Assembly: GCA_022605425.2 (NCBI GenBank)
Contig: CM061250.1
Coordinates: 1 to 64,000 of the forward strand
DNA length: 64,000 nucleotides
DNA from: Hamiltosporidium tvaerminnensis FI-OER-3-3
Lineage: Eukaryota > Fungi > Microsporidia
Direction: 5' to 3'
Shown here: positions 1-13,900 of the stretch, one piece after another
How the letters are laid out: every line of letters begins with the position of its first letter
Position numbering within the stretch: position 1 is the first letter of the stretch
Notes under the pieces: model-generated
Seen by the model: the letters and a program-made list of their open reading frames with translations, nothing else
What the model was told of the DNA's origin: nothing
Database searches by the model: none
Program-made: the position numbers and the translations under genes

Positions 1-890
1 CCCTAACCCTAACCCTAACCCTAACCCTAACCCTAACCCTAACCCTAACCCTAACCCTAACCCTAACCCTAACCCTAACCTGCTTACCCCAACCTGCCCT
101 AACCCTAACCCTAACCCTAACCCTAACCCTAACCCTAACCTTCTCCTTCACCTTCACCTTCACCTTCACCTTAACCCTAAGCCTAGCCCTAGCCTAGCCC
201 TGGCCTACCCCTACCCTACCCTAGCCTGGCCCTGGCCTAGCCCTGGCCCTAGCCTAGCCTGGCCCTAGCCCTCCTAACCCTCCCCTGGCCCTAGGCCTAC
301 CCCATGGCCCTTCGAAGCCTGGCCCTAGCCTAGCCTAACCCTAGCCCTGGCCAACCTGGCCCTGGCCCTGACCGGCCTAGCCTGGCCTGGCCCTGGCCCT
401 GGCCCTGGCCTAACCCTGACCCTGGCGGCCTAGCCCTGGCCCAACCTGGCCCTGGCCCTGGCCTGGACCCTAGCCCTGGCCTGGCCCTGGCCCCTGGCCT
501 GGCCTGGCCTAGCCTGGCCCTAGCCCTAACCCCTAACCCTGGCCCTGGCCTAGCCCTGCCCTGGCCCTGGCCTGGCCCTGGCCCTAGCCCCCTGACCCTA
601 ACCCTAACCCTAACCCAACCTTAACCTGGCCATCTCCTGGCCCTAGCCTACCAATCCCTAACCCTGGCCCTGGCCCTGGCCCCTAACCCTGGCCCTGGCA
701 ACCCTAACCCTGGCCCTGGCCAGCCTAACCCTAACCCTAACCCTAACCCTAACCCTAACCCCTAACCCTAACCCTAACCCTAACCCTAACCCTAACCCTA
801 ACCCTAACCCTAACCCTAACCCTAACCCTAACCCTAACCCTAACCCTAACCCTAACCCTAACCCTAACCCTAACCCTAACCCTAACCCTA
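1..890. repeat. Telomeric repeat tract (CCCTAA)n = TTAGGG-type, chromosome left end
   Basis: Near-perfect CCCTAA tandem at 1-80, about 98-140 and about 724-890, with degenerate CCTTCA/CCCTAG/CCCTGG variants in between. The C-rich strand at the 5' end is the expected orientation for a chromosome start. Confidence 0.98.
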
Positions 891-989
891 CTACAATAGA
901 TACAAGTGTGTTTTTTTAAAAATTCATACAATTCAATAAGGACTACTTTTTTATTTTATAATCATCTAATTTCTATAATTTATTTTACT

Positions 990-1410
990 TAAATTTTTTA
1001 GTTAACACATTTACATAGGAAATATTTAAGAAATCAAGAATATATCGTAAAAACGGTCGAGCAGATATTGGGTACAATCCACTTTATTTTTATTTTATAA
1101 TTTAAAAGAATCATGTAAAGACCTATTATAAAAAAGAATTTGGTCTAAAAAAATTTTAAAAGATAAATAATATTATGTAGTCATTTGTAGGGTAAGATTG
1201 CATATAAATCAATCAATATATAAATTTTGAAATATAAATAACAAGGTAACAATTGAATTGTGGCAAAAGTAAAGCTGATAGGGTCATTTAAATACAAAAT
1301 ATGTATTAACATGTCGAAAAGATAAAGTTATAATTTTTTTCAAGATATTATCAAATTAGAAATAGACGTTATCGTAAAACAATATAAAATATGCAAAATG
1401 GTTACGGTTG
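990..1410 (+). mobile_element. Possible Ty3/gypsy pol fragment (RNase H end + integrase zinc finger), heavily decayed
   Basis: KNGRAD at about 1049 (cf. RNase H N-x-x-A-D), GHLN at about 1282 and VKQYKICK at about 1374 (cf. integrase GH...V-x-x-C-x-x-C). Order and spacing fit, but the motifs are short and degenerate. Confidence 0.3.
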
Positions 1411-1679
1411 TTCTATTCTGTATTTGTTTGACTCTATTTTGCTACCAATTGTATATATATTTAACCCTATATAACAATAAGAAAATCTGTATAAAGTTCT
1501 TGTTAAATTTGGTTTAAACGCTTTAATATATTTTACTATATTTTATGTTCTTTTCTTTAACGATTTTTTTAAAAATTTAATGCACCACATTATACTAAAA
1601 CTGGTAAAAACTTTTTATGTATGAATTAACAAAATTTTACCATGTACAACGTTTATAGATTGAATTTTAGAGTTTTCTA

Positions 1680-4480
1680 TATAATGATAATATCCTAAAT
1701 TTTAAAAATCTTTAAATATTCTTTTAGCATTTTTATTATTTTATATTTTTTTACAAACCTATAGATTTTTAGAAAGTGGTAAAAAGGTTTAAAAAAAATG
1801 TTTTGTATGGTTAAGTTTTTCTATAGTATTTAGAAGATTATGAATAGATTAAATTAATTTTTATTTTTAGCATAATTTTATACCTTGCATTTTTATTATT
1901 TTTTGAGTGAAATTTTATAGATTTGGAAAGTTTTAATCTTGCTTTACATTTAGTGGCTTTTTTGAAAGGCGTTACTGTTCTTAATATCAGATTTGCTATT
2001 ACGCTTAAATACTTTAAATAGTATTTACATTTCTTAGATATATTAAAGTTTTATAAGATTTGATTGAGTCTTAACTTATATAATTAATTTTATTGGATTT
2101 ATAATAATTTTTATAAGACTTTTCATTCTCACATGATATTTTAAATTTTTGTTGAATTTTTTAATTTTTACAAGATTTATATAATTCATTTAGGTTTTAT
2201 TAAAATTTCTAAGATTTATAGAATATTTGAAAGGTATTTGCTACGTCATAACTAATTTTGCAGAAATATAGATTACTTTATAAAGATTTTATAACAATTC
2301 TGGTTTTTTACTTTAAAATATGATTATTTTGTTTGACGATTTTTGGATTTCTTTACACTTATTATATTTCTTACTGATGTTTTATATTTAGATTAAGATC
2401 AAAATTTTATAATACAAAAAATTAAAGCATATATTCCTTTATAAAATGTTTTTAGATGCTAAAATATATAAATTTAATGTCTTTTGGTCACTTTGAATGT
2501 ATAACTTTGATATATATTTTTATATCATAGTGTTTTAAATAAAAAGTATTAAAAGAAAAAAGAATATTTATCTTATTTGAGATTAAAGATATTTGTTCTA
2601 TCTTATATGTTGGTTAATGAATTATTATGTTTAGTTTTTATTTAAATATGACAAATACAATTTATTTTTGGGGAATAGGTTAAATTACAAATATAAAATT
2701 CAATATCAAAGTTAAACCGTTATAATATTCAAAAATTTGAAGCTTAAAACCGCAATTAAAAGTAATATAATTTTTATTTCAAATCATACATATTTTTTGT
2801 TTTTAACAGTTATTTTACAATTATATTATTTACATATAGTTTCTACAAAGATATTTGTAATTGGTTCATTTGAAGAAAGTTGTCATCAGTTTTACGACCT
2901 AAAGAAACAAGAAGATCAAACTATACATACATTAAATTTACTAAAATATTGTATTAGTTTAAAATATATAATTTTGTATAACTAATAAAAAATCTGTACT
3001 AAAAATGTATTATAGAAATCTTAATCCATGTCTTGAATTATTAAAAAGATTAAGTAATTTCGGTTGTACTCAATAAAATTTTGTACAATAATTATCTTAT
3101 GTACTATTCTCTGGTTTTCTTAGAATATTATACATATTATATATATTTTGTAAAAAAATACTAGCTGCTTTGGCAAATACGCGTTTACATATATATTTTA
3201 TTCTTAATATAAGTTAAATTTAAGAAATTCCACACTCGTAAGTTCGTATGCTTCTTTTTGTTACAATACTATGTTATTTTGATTTAATTAAAAGAAAATA
3301 GAGAATTGTCTGAAAATTTTCTCATATACACAAAGTTACAATAAAAAATAAAAAATTTAAGACATACATATTTGCTTATAGAAGCATTCCTGTTTTTAGC
3401 ACTTTTGTTCAAAATAAAATTGTAGTCAAAGGATATGCATCTTGAATGTGACAAATAAAGATTTTAATTTTTTTAAATTAGTAAATAATAATATATAAGA
3501 TTCCGAGTAGGAATTATTTTAAATCTATATCTATACGTTTTAACCAGTAAATTTATTTTAGATAATACATGTTTGAAATTATTTTTTTTTACAGCTATTT
3601 TTACAATTTTTTTTTATTTTTTATTAAAATTTATTCACTATTTAGATTCGGTTAATGCAACAAAATATGAAAATAATTATAAATGTAGGTATATACATAT
3701 AAAACATCTAAGATGATTTAAAGGAAGTAAAGAACATTATTTAAATATGTTTTTTTATAGATTAAAATAGTTTCGAAGGGTAAGTTGTAAATGATGTAAT
3801 TATCAATTGTGACTTTGGATAAATCATATTATGATTAGATAAGATGCGTTTGAAAAAATGGCTTTTCTATATATTGAACTAATTAAACTTAAATACGTGT
3901 TTAAATGAGATTAGTTGAGCAAAGTTTAGAAAATAAATGTATTAAGTTTTTTTTGTGGAATCTTCTACGGATTACCTTCCAGAATACTTTTTAAATATCT
4001 GATGCTCTATTTGCAAAGCTCTTCATTCTTAAACCCCAAGAGCTATGGCTGTACTGAGGTATAAGCCAAATAAAACAACTTCACCCGTTTACTGATACTA
4101 ATTCTTTTAAATATTCGCATCTGTATTTGCTGCACTTGCTCCTATTCTAGTTAGCTGGATTACGAAAAGACTTATTTTAGTTTATTTACATAATTATATA
4201 CATGATTTGATTGATAGATAGTGCCATAAATCACATTCGATATTATAAAACAGTCGAATAATCCGATTTTTTGATTTAAATCACTTCTTTATATTGTTTG
4301 ATAACGCTACCAGCAACATTAACTGTATTACAAGAACTTTAAGGCAATGAGTATAACATTTGGACACAATTACCTATTTTTATAGATAAGGTCTTAAAGA
4401 CATATACGTTCACACTTAGAAAAACTCTGAAAATCGTTCTAATAAATTAAAAAGTCACATTACAAACAAAACGGATTTAT
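1680..4480 (-). pseudogene. Family-A copy 6 (most diverged), unknown protein
   Basis: The core 3940-4390 aligns by eye with copy 5 (AAGGCAATGAG...CAATTACCT about 4341 vs about 10321; ACTGATACTA...ATATTCGCA about 4091 vs about 10068). Minus-strand translation gives CEYLKELVSVNG...FGLY...VED. Extension to 1680 is inferred only from a T-rich tract (K/E-rich on minus). Confidence 0.4.
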
Positions 4481-6200
4481 TATTCCTGTGTCTTACTATT
4501 TTGACTCTACTATTTTAAATGTCTTAATTATTTCATAATCAAAATCTTTGTTTTTTTATTTTTATCTCAGATTTATTTCATATGTAATTGTATTTCTTTT
4601 TATATAAATTTGTTCGTCTAATATATTTTTATACTATTACTGTTTACTCTTATCTTTCCATTTATTTTATCCTATTCTTTTATTCTGTTTTTCACTTACT
4701 CTTCTTTTATTATTATCCACTCTTTTCTTTCGTACTCTTCTATAATCCTGCTTTATATCTTTATTCGCTTTACTTCTATATAGTTATATAGATTACTTGG
4801 ATTTTTAGCCTACTTTTTTACTTACAATTCTTCCAGTGTATTTATAATTATGTTTTTATCTTCTAAATTACTCTTTAGATTTCTAAAATTTTTTCCTATC
4901 TCTTTTTCCTATTTCCGTATCAAGCTAATTTACATAGATAGACTATTTTATTGCACTGTTTTTATTTCTTTAAAGATATCTTTTTTCCCTAAATCATGTT
5001 AAGAAAATAAGATTTACTGCCTTACACTTCTAAAATATATTTAAAATCATGATATTAAATTTACCATATGCCGTAACATTTATAAGATAATATTAGTACC
5101 ATAACATTTGAATCATAAAAATATAATGCATAAAGAATATTTCATAAACTAAAGTTAAAAAAGAATAAAGCAAATGAATCGTATTTATAAAAGAAAACAT
5201 TTTTTTAATCGTACTTATAGATTTCCAAACAAAAAAAATGAGAGAATAAATAACCCTTTCCCCAATCTTGAAACAAGTTCTCTTTATTTTTTAATTATAT
5301 AGATCTATTTCTTAAAATCGGTAGTGCTAAGTAGTAAAATCTGTTACCTTTCCTAATTATTTTTTGTCTCTAATAATTCCATTCCCTTACCCTATTTTTT
5401 CTTAACAGAATACATTTTTTAATTGCACTATTTCAATTGTGAACATTAAATTATTTTCTCAACTCTCGTTCTTTCCAGCAGAATTTTTTTACCTACTATT
5501 TTCTGCCTTACTTTTATTTTTTCAAAATATTCCTTTTTCAAAGCTACACCTTTTCTTTTATACACAATAGGGTTATCTATAGATTTGTTTTAATTCCCCA
5601 ACCAAATTCTTTACAACCCTTACTAATATATTTTTCTCTGCTGTTTCTTTTCCTTACTTTATAATCGTTTTTCCAAACTAATTATTTTCTCAAAAACCTT
5701 TTTATCCCACACCCTATCCTCTGTTCAATACTACTCATTTTCCCCTACCCCAATTAATGTCTCACTAAACTAATCATTGTCTCACCAATTTTCTTTTTCT
5801 ATAACAAATTCTTTTTTAAAAAAGTTTCCTGTTTCTCTATCTAAGAATTTTTTTAAGTAAATATATTTTCTTCTATAAATACTTCTTTTTTTCAATAACT
5901 TTCTTTGTTTCCTAACTAATTCTGTTCTTCCTAACCTCCTTTCCTTTTAAAGATCCATTTTCTTTTTCCCATAACTATACCATGTACTTCCTTACTAAAT
6001 TTTTCAAAGTAGTGATTACATGCTTGTCTAGTTTTCATTTTTCCTTAACTCACTTTTATGTTCCCTAACTTTGGCTTTCTTTTTCCCTAACTTTTCTTTT
6101 TCTTTCTATACTTCTCATTTCCCTAGCCTACATTAAAATTTATTTGGCTTAAAAGCATAGCAAAATTTATAAAACATATTTTCCCAATTCAAAAACAAGA
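4480..6200 (-). mobile_element. Decayed LTR-retrotransposon gag-protease remnant
   Basis: Strongly purine-rich on the minus strand (K/E/R codons). Degenerate CCHC knuckle CFKIGE-GY...HF at about 5275-5235, followed by FINTIHLLYSFL (cf. protease LIDTG..SF) at about 5190. Confidence 0.35.
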
Positions 6201-6699
6201 AGATTTGTTTCACGCTGGTTTATTCAAAGAAAAGTACATTTCATAACCCCACTAACTAGATAAGAGTTATTAGTTTCTTTCATAACTGATTTACAAGAGC
6301 CGAATAAAATTTTCATAAATAAAAATTTAATTTTTTTTCCTAACTTTTTTTTTGGATTTATTTAAATATAAAATGTTAAAATAGTCGTTTTTGAAAATAA
6401 AGTCATCCCTACCGAAAAGAGAAAATGTATATTTACCCTAACTGTTCTTTTAAAATCAATTTTTTTGGATGAAAGTATGGAATTACCTGAGCTAACAGGT
6501 TTTTAAAAATTAAAATTGAAACAAAGATAAGTTAAATAGGGAAAAACAGTTAATAATGGTATTTTTACCTATCACCCAAGAAAGAAATTTGTATATGTAA
6601 TAAAGAATATAAAGTAAAATGCTTAAAAAATAAAAAAGAAGTAAGAACAATCGAAAAATTTAATTGTAGTGTGAAAATATAATTGCTCTTCTAGTTATC

Positions 6700-9600
6700 C
6701 AACACCGGAAACCAACCATAACTCTAATCTTGTTGCGTTTATTTCTTTCTATTTCTTTGAATCTGGTTTCTGGATTAGAGTTAAGGTGATTATTTTTAGA
6801 TAGGATTTTGAAAAAGAATCTGGGTTAATAACTGGCAATGCTGCATTATATGTTATTTTGTGGTTTGTGTTTTTAAGATGTAGTTGCGTGAAGGAGTTTG
6901 GGCTAGTAATAAATTTCGTATGGCATGAAAATATTTGATTTGCGAGTGTTAAGTTAGAGTTTTTAGTTATAAATAAACTATGTTGTTTTCCTTTTTTTGT
7001 GTATATTGTATTTTAAAGTATCCAAATAATCATATTTATTTAATTTATTCTCTTCGTCGGCATTAAGTTACCCAATCTTCTTAATTTGAAATATACATTT
7101 TTACATTCTTTTTATTTTAGATCAATCGCTCACTTCGATTATCTTCCTTGTAAATATCTTATTATTTAGAATTTAAAATTTAAGTAGAAAAATATTTACT
7201 TAGCCATATTTTTTATTTAAATATTTTTTTGTGTAGTTATCACATTTGAATTGTCAATGTATTTTCTGTTGGTATAAGATTTTCGTAATAATATATACTT
7301 TTTTTAAAATACTTTCTTTAATTATACGCAAAAACGAGGATTTTGAAATATTCTTGCTAAGTTAATATGGCATAAATTATTTCCTTGTAATTCTGTTATG
7401 AGTTGTTGTTCAATATCGTGCTGTTTTATGGTTTTTTCTCTTTCTGTCAAGTCTTTCGTTGCTTTCGTAGAAGTGTGAGTATTTTTTTTAGTTATTACAA
7501 TATTTAATAAGCTTTTTACTCTATTTTTTTATATTTTAGGAAGTTTTTTGTGTTTTTTTATAACAAATTTAAATATTATACAGCAAATATGGTTTGCTGT
7601 GAAAATCATGTCTTTATAGAAGTTGTACAAATGTTTACTTTTGATGTCGTTAACCGTTTTTACTTTTTAATATAAATGTCTTCGTTTCAAATTTTTTTAA
7701 AAGTTTTTTTGATTTTTTTAAATTTTTAAACTATTTTTTAAATTTTTTAAAAAGATTTGTACTAATTTACAAGAATTATTTATTTGTAAAGTTGTTAATA
7801 TCTTTTTGGATTTAATTACAATTTTTATTAATTTTTTTATATCTTTTTATTGGCGTTCTTTAATTTTTTTTAATTCTCTCTTAAATTTAGCTGTTTTTTC
7901 ATGTTTTTTTACATCTTTTCAAAATTTTTATTTTTTTTTTTAAATTTTAATTTTTTTTCAAATATCTTATTTGTGCAATTTTTACAATTTTAGATTTGAT
8001 TTGAATTTTAACAGCTTATTTATGATTTTTATATGATCTAAGTATATTTTAAATAAATTAATCCGAAAATTCTTTGTAATACTGTATACATAATGGAGAA
8101 TTTTTAGTTTTTTTGCAAAAGTCAAGATTTTTAAAAAAATCAGTAAACGTTTTGAATTCTAGCTCTGTATTCTGAAAAAAATTCTTCTACTAATATTCGT
8201 GAGCTTCAATTTGTTCAAATTATTTTTAAACTTTTCAATTTTTAATTTTCTAAGAAATTACTAATGGTTTGTATTATTGTAGTATATTGTATACAGTTTT
8301 TTTTTTTCATTAGGATAGAATTGTATTCTAGCAACGAAATTCGAAAAATATCTTGAGAAAAATATTTTATTGTGAAAATCTGAAATATTAAATTCTATTT
8401 GTAGTATTAAAAATTTGTTAATTTTTTAAAATACAGGTGTTAAATAAATAACTTTGGTTGAAGAATGAACGGTTTATTCTAGTTTGGATATCCTTTATTT
8501 TGAGACAATGCTTACTTTAACTGTTTTATGAAGACCGAATTATCTCTATTTTTTAACCTTTAATTTATATCTATAGGCTAAAAATACAAGAGGGAATCAA
8601 GATATTTTTTACTAAAGTAGAACTTGCTACAAATTTAAGATATTTTAAATTGTAACTCTAATCCGAAGGTAATAGTATTTTCATTCAACCGGTTTAAATT
8701 TTATTTTTTGTTTTATATAATATTACTTTCTTCGATTATCATTCTTTTATAATATCTATTAAGAAAGCATTTATATTAATAAATTTAAGTAGTATATAAA
8801 CTAAACTAGTTTAAAAAAACATTAAACATATTTTTTTTGGATATAGTAAACTGTGAAATCTTATATTTTATATTGATGATTTATGTACCGTACAAAGAAA
8901 TAATGTTTTAAATCTGTCAAAAACTGTTATAATTTTTCTTAGATCTAGTTTTCCCGTTTGACTCTATAAATGATAGAATATACATTAATGATTTTTTATT
9001 AGAATTTATTTTTCCAATTATATTTCAGATTGCTCAAATAGATATTTTTTCGTTTTAATAAAAATTTAATTTGGTTTTGCCTAGTTTAAGTTTAAAATTT
9101 ACAATTTTTTTAACTTATAATTATGTTTTAAGCAAAAAATTCTTCAAATTTTTTTTGTGCTAAATTATTTTATTTATTAACTATTAATATACTTATATTT
9201 TTTAAGAAAAACGAAAGAAACTACTATATATATTAGCAACCTGAATATATTTTTTAAAACTTAGGGGGACTATAGCATTAGTTATCTTTCATTCGAAAGT
9301 ATATAAGTCAAACGTACATAATATAAATAAAGTATTGATTTTTTCACATGTTAAATACAAATTATACAGTGATTATCGAAATTGGGTAATTTAAAACATT
9401 TCTTTATATTTTAGGAAGTTTTTTTTAAGACAATACTAATTTCTTGACTTGATACTTTCAGTAAAATCTAGAATTTTTTCTTTTTTTAATTTAAGCTTTT
9501 TCCTGTATATAGAATAGATAATTTCTTCGAGAATATCTGAGTTATATTATATTTAATGTGCGTAGGGTGGATATTCTCAGAGAGAATATCGAAAGTGCTA

Positions 9601-10650
9601 TGAATTTATTCTATTTTTTATATTATATATTGACATATTTTAAATCTACTAAATAATATATAAGTTACAGGGGTTGGTATGGATTGGAACTAATTCAATA
9701 CACAATGATATTCAAGTATTTCGATTGGTAAAGTGGGTTTTAATAGATGAACTCTGATTTATATGGTTTATTCTTCGTATTACAGTCTATCTAAAATACC
9801 ATGATAAGTTTGAAGTAAGTCATTAGAGAAACCTATCAAAGAACTAGACTATCATTTTGTATTGTACAGTTAAAGCAATTTGTCTTGAGAAAATAAAAAA
9901 CTATATATATGGCTGAATTTTTAATTCGTGGCATATTCTACAGTGGTCCCCATACTATTCCATTGGGTAGGGATTTGCCATTTCTGGGGTAGTAATTTTA
10001 TGATGCCCTGATACAACTCTTTTACCATACAAATGTAGAAGCCATACAACAAATGCCATCAATACCAACTGATACTGATATTACTCTTGAATTCGCAGCT
10101 TAAAGTACCAATACTATTACTCTCATGCTGATATGGCTTGTTGAAGGGGTTATGTAAGATTATTTGCTCAGACCTAGACATAAATGCATAGGCTAGTAAA
10201 CAAATAACCCGTTCAATGGATTAAAAAAAATCGAATTTACTAAACAAATTGAATTTATTCAATTATAAAAATGTTGATATACAATCATGGCTGCATTAAT
10301 GCCTGTTTTGCAATAACTCCAAGGCAATGAGCCTGATTTAGGAACAAAATTGCCTTTTTAGATGAAATACTTTTATAAGAGGTATACAACGAAAGAACTT
10401 TGAAATATACAGATTTTTAGCACTATTTGCCAACTAGCTTTAAGAAACTGTTTAGAAGTTTAAATAAAAAAGTTTATTGAATCATCTTTATCTCGCTGGC
10501 CTTAAAGATGTAAACTTTGGTATTTGATCCCCAATGCTCTCTTCAAACACTGTACATGATACTCGAATATTGCATATGCTATCTGTAAAGTGATTTCCCT
10601 TTTTATAAATGTGTTCTCTCTAATTACCAACAATGTCTGTCTAATACACG
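6700..10650 (-). pseudogene. Family-A copy 5, unknown protein
   Basis: The core 9880-10620 matches copies 2 and 3: minus frame LYGFYICMVKELYQG...TVEYATN, and AAAAACTATATATATGGCTGAATTTTTAA (about 9896) vs AAAAACTATAAATAGGGCTGAGTTTTTAA (about 45806). The distal extent (K/E-rich 7400-8250, P/T-rich 6700-6950) is inferred by analogy with copy 1. Confidence 0.5.
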
Positions 10651-11799
10651 CGACTATAATTTCGCGTCTAACTATCGATACAAAGAAATAGACTTATGGT
10701 TTTGGGTTTTATCAAATTTTTTAGATTAATTCTCTATACAAATTAAAATGGCAAAATATAGTTTTTAAAAACACTTTTTTTAATTTTAAAAATTTAGCTT
10801 GGTAAATGCTTAGATGTACCTATATTTAAATAATATTATTCGTGAGTTTACTCAAAATTTATTTTAAAGCTGAAGAATATAAAAATTAAAATATTTGATA
10901 ATACTAGTCCGCATTTTTAGAGACAAACCTGTCATTACTTCATTAAATAAGTATCTTGTTTGACTTTTTAAATTGTTAAAAAAAAACAACCTCAATTTAA
11001 AAACGAAACTACGAATTTACACGAATTTATACGTATTACCAGTTGATATATAAGAAATCTTATAAAATTAATGCGAATTATGGATAATTCAAATTTAACC
11101 TGAATAAATATATTTTCTGTAAATAATTCGAGTATTTTATTTTAATCTCTTTTAAAGGTATAAGAAATTCATTGGCACTTAAAAAAATGAACCAATTTTT
11201 TAACTTCTAAATAGAATACAAACACTCCTCGGTAAGTCTTCTTTACAGTTATAGTATTACAAATTATGCTTTTACTTATCTTCTATTGCTTTTAATTAAC
11301 AGCTATCTTAATTTTGATATAGATTTAGCAAATACCTAGGATTCTGTTATTTTTAACAATGCATTAATAAATTTAAAACATATAAAATATTAAAATGGAA
11401 GACGAATCTTAGAAATATAAAAAAACAAAGAAATTTTTTTACGAGACTGGCACATATATTTTATACCCTTGTTTTATTATTCATACATATGTGTGTCTTA
11501 TTGTAGTTTAAAGTATCTGCACTAAGCATACCTAATGTATTAATTAATTTTTTGAGCTTGATTTCAGTATATATAAATAAGAGTATCTGAACAAATAGTG
11601 TTTGTTTTGGTTAATTTTTATAGACTGTTAAATGAAACTTAATGAGTTAGAGGTCTAACCTTATTCTGTTTCAATGTTTCGTTTTATAGTAGAAAGTATA
11701 GTGTATAAAAATCTTATTATTAATTTATTTGTAATATCACAATCTGGATCGGTTTTTTATTGTAAAAGAATCAGCAAATTAAATTCTCTTTTTTAAAGA

Positions 11800-13900
11800 A
11801 TTAATAAAATATTTTTAAAACGACGAAAATATTATAACAGATAAAAAGAAGTCAGAAAATGTTTTTAATACAAGGGTAACAATTTAATAAAAGAATATGA
11901 AGATATAGAATTTTTTATTATAAATTATCGGAATAGAAAATTATTCATATTCATGAAAAGTTTTAAATCATTCAATATTTTTTCTAATTCTTTTTGCTTC
12001 AATTCTATCATTTAATTAAGAAGATGGTTTAGCTGAATATTATATGTTTGTTCTAAAAAATAGAAAGCAAAAAGAATACAACGCGCTCTAAAAGTTTCTT
12101 CTTGTGGATTTCAGTATTTTCCTAAAATTTGTTCAAAAATATATACATTATAGATTTAGAGCAACAATACCTAAGAACCCAAGAATATAAAATTTTAAAA
12201 ATAATATGTTCATTACGTCATCACATCCATTCACAACTTTTCCTTCTCCTACACCTATTATCACTTATAAATATACTGTCTTTTGTTTTTATGGATATTC
12301 AATTCTTCAATACTACAAGCCAATTAACATCAGAAAAATATTTGATCGATATCAGACAATAAAATCTTTTATTAAATCCTACTATGCACTACTCACACTA
12401 TTTTTGATTCCATTTTTTCTGTTTTATTTAAACGAAATTATAAATCTTCATTTAATAATCAAAAAAAATTGTGATGAATAAATTAAAAATATAAAAGGAA
12501 AGAATTGCTCTGATTTCTTACTATAATCAGTGTGCAGTTAAATATTTTCTCAAAATCGTTTTGTATTTATCCAATAAAAAATTGAAATATTCTTTAATTA
12601 TACAAAAGAATAAAACCGTAGTCAAATTATAAACCTGCATTATATTCCACTACAAACAAAAAGTAAACATTTTAAAAGTATTGTAGAGTTCTTAAAAAAA
12701 ATATCAAAAAAAGATAAGAAGGATGGTTTCGTGGGTTTAAATACTTCAATTTGTACTTCTAAGAATATTGGTAAAATTTATATTCTTTTCCTTAAGTAGC
12801 GGTTTTTTCTTGCAAATTAATTCTTATGGGTTAGACTTTAAATAAAAAAGGGATTTATGTTTCAATATTTTAACAGATATCATAATAAAACGCAATGAAT
12901 ATAATGTTAGTAGAGAATATGTTATTAATCTTAAAAACCATAGGTGACTTAAAAAAAACTTTTACAGTGCAGTTAAATTATTTAAATTTAATTCAAGATT
13001 TTCTTTATACTCATTTAAAATACAAATTATATAAATAAAAGAATATTGTGCTGATAATATATTTTGGATTTGGTACTTCATAGAAATTTTAATGTTTACT
13101 GGCATAAATCACAAAATTGTTTAAAAAAACTTTTAAGAATCAAAAAGAAAATTTAATTTGGTAATAATAATTAGAAGTGCAAATAAAGAATTTTAATGAC
13201 AGAAAATGTATTTTTTAGGTAGAATTTCTGTTAAAATTGACAACGCCATAATGTATAGAAGATGATGGAAGAGATTAGTAAAATTTAAATAGTTCCTAAC
13301 ACTTACGAAAAAAAATGTGTTTTGAATACAAATTAAATATTTTGTTAAACTTTGTAAAACTTGATAAAATATCCTCTATTCATAAAAATTAAGTAGAAAC
13401 CGAAAAGCTATATATCCAATGTATAAAAGAGGAGGGAAATCGTAGAATATCTTTATAGAAATGTAATATGATTCTTTCCAATTAATAAATCATATGGTAC
13501 AAATTTATAATCAAAAAAGAAATCAAAACATATATCATATTCAGCTGTACCAGACTTAATATATTTCCTCTATTGTATCTCTCGCAGGCTTTTCAAAAGA
13601 ATATCTGATCTTAGGGTTCTTTCAATTTGACATTATGGGTATTTTTCGTAACTTGCTCTTTGGTTCATTATATCTATATACTGTTTTTAAAAAAATTTAT
13701 TGTCTTTTGATGGAGTATATGAAAGGGGGTTTATACATTTTTTTAAATTTTTTTTTACGTTTTACATAGTAATAAAAGAAATTCAGAATTTTAAAATATT
13801 ACTTTGGTAAAACTTACTAATATATTTATAATCTGCTCAAATAGAAGATAACTACGAAGTTTTAAACCTATTAATTTTATTATAAAATAAATTCAGGATA
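11800..13900 (+). mobile_element. Decayed Ty3/gypsy pol (RT-RNase H-integrase)
   Basis: Motifs in gypsy order: DGLAEYYMFVLKN about 12023 (G.YE..MPFGLKN), IQRAL about 12077, IYIIDL about 12141 (YxDD region), IQDF...KEYCADN about 12990-13058 (RNase H end), FVKLCKT** about 13341 (CxxCQ), DGVYER about 13709 (NG..ER). Many stops and frameshifts. Confidence 0.6.

Noticed and set aside
80-723. Variant telomere repeats (CCCTGG, CCCTAG, CCTTCA) suggesting a novel telomerase template or ALT-like tract
   Set aside because: CCCTAA miscalled as CCCTGG- or CTTCTT-like repeats is a known nanopore basecalling artefact. The irregular variants lie between perfect tracts rather than at the proximal edge. HiFi or opposite-strand reads would be needed to revive the idea.
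5900-6450. Cluster of CCCTAACT/CCTAACT telomere-like seeds
   Set aside because: These are isolated single units, mostly within a purine-rich gag-like relic where GTT AGG GAA (VRE) codons explain them. There is no tandem array.
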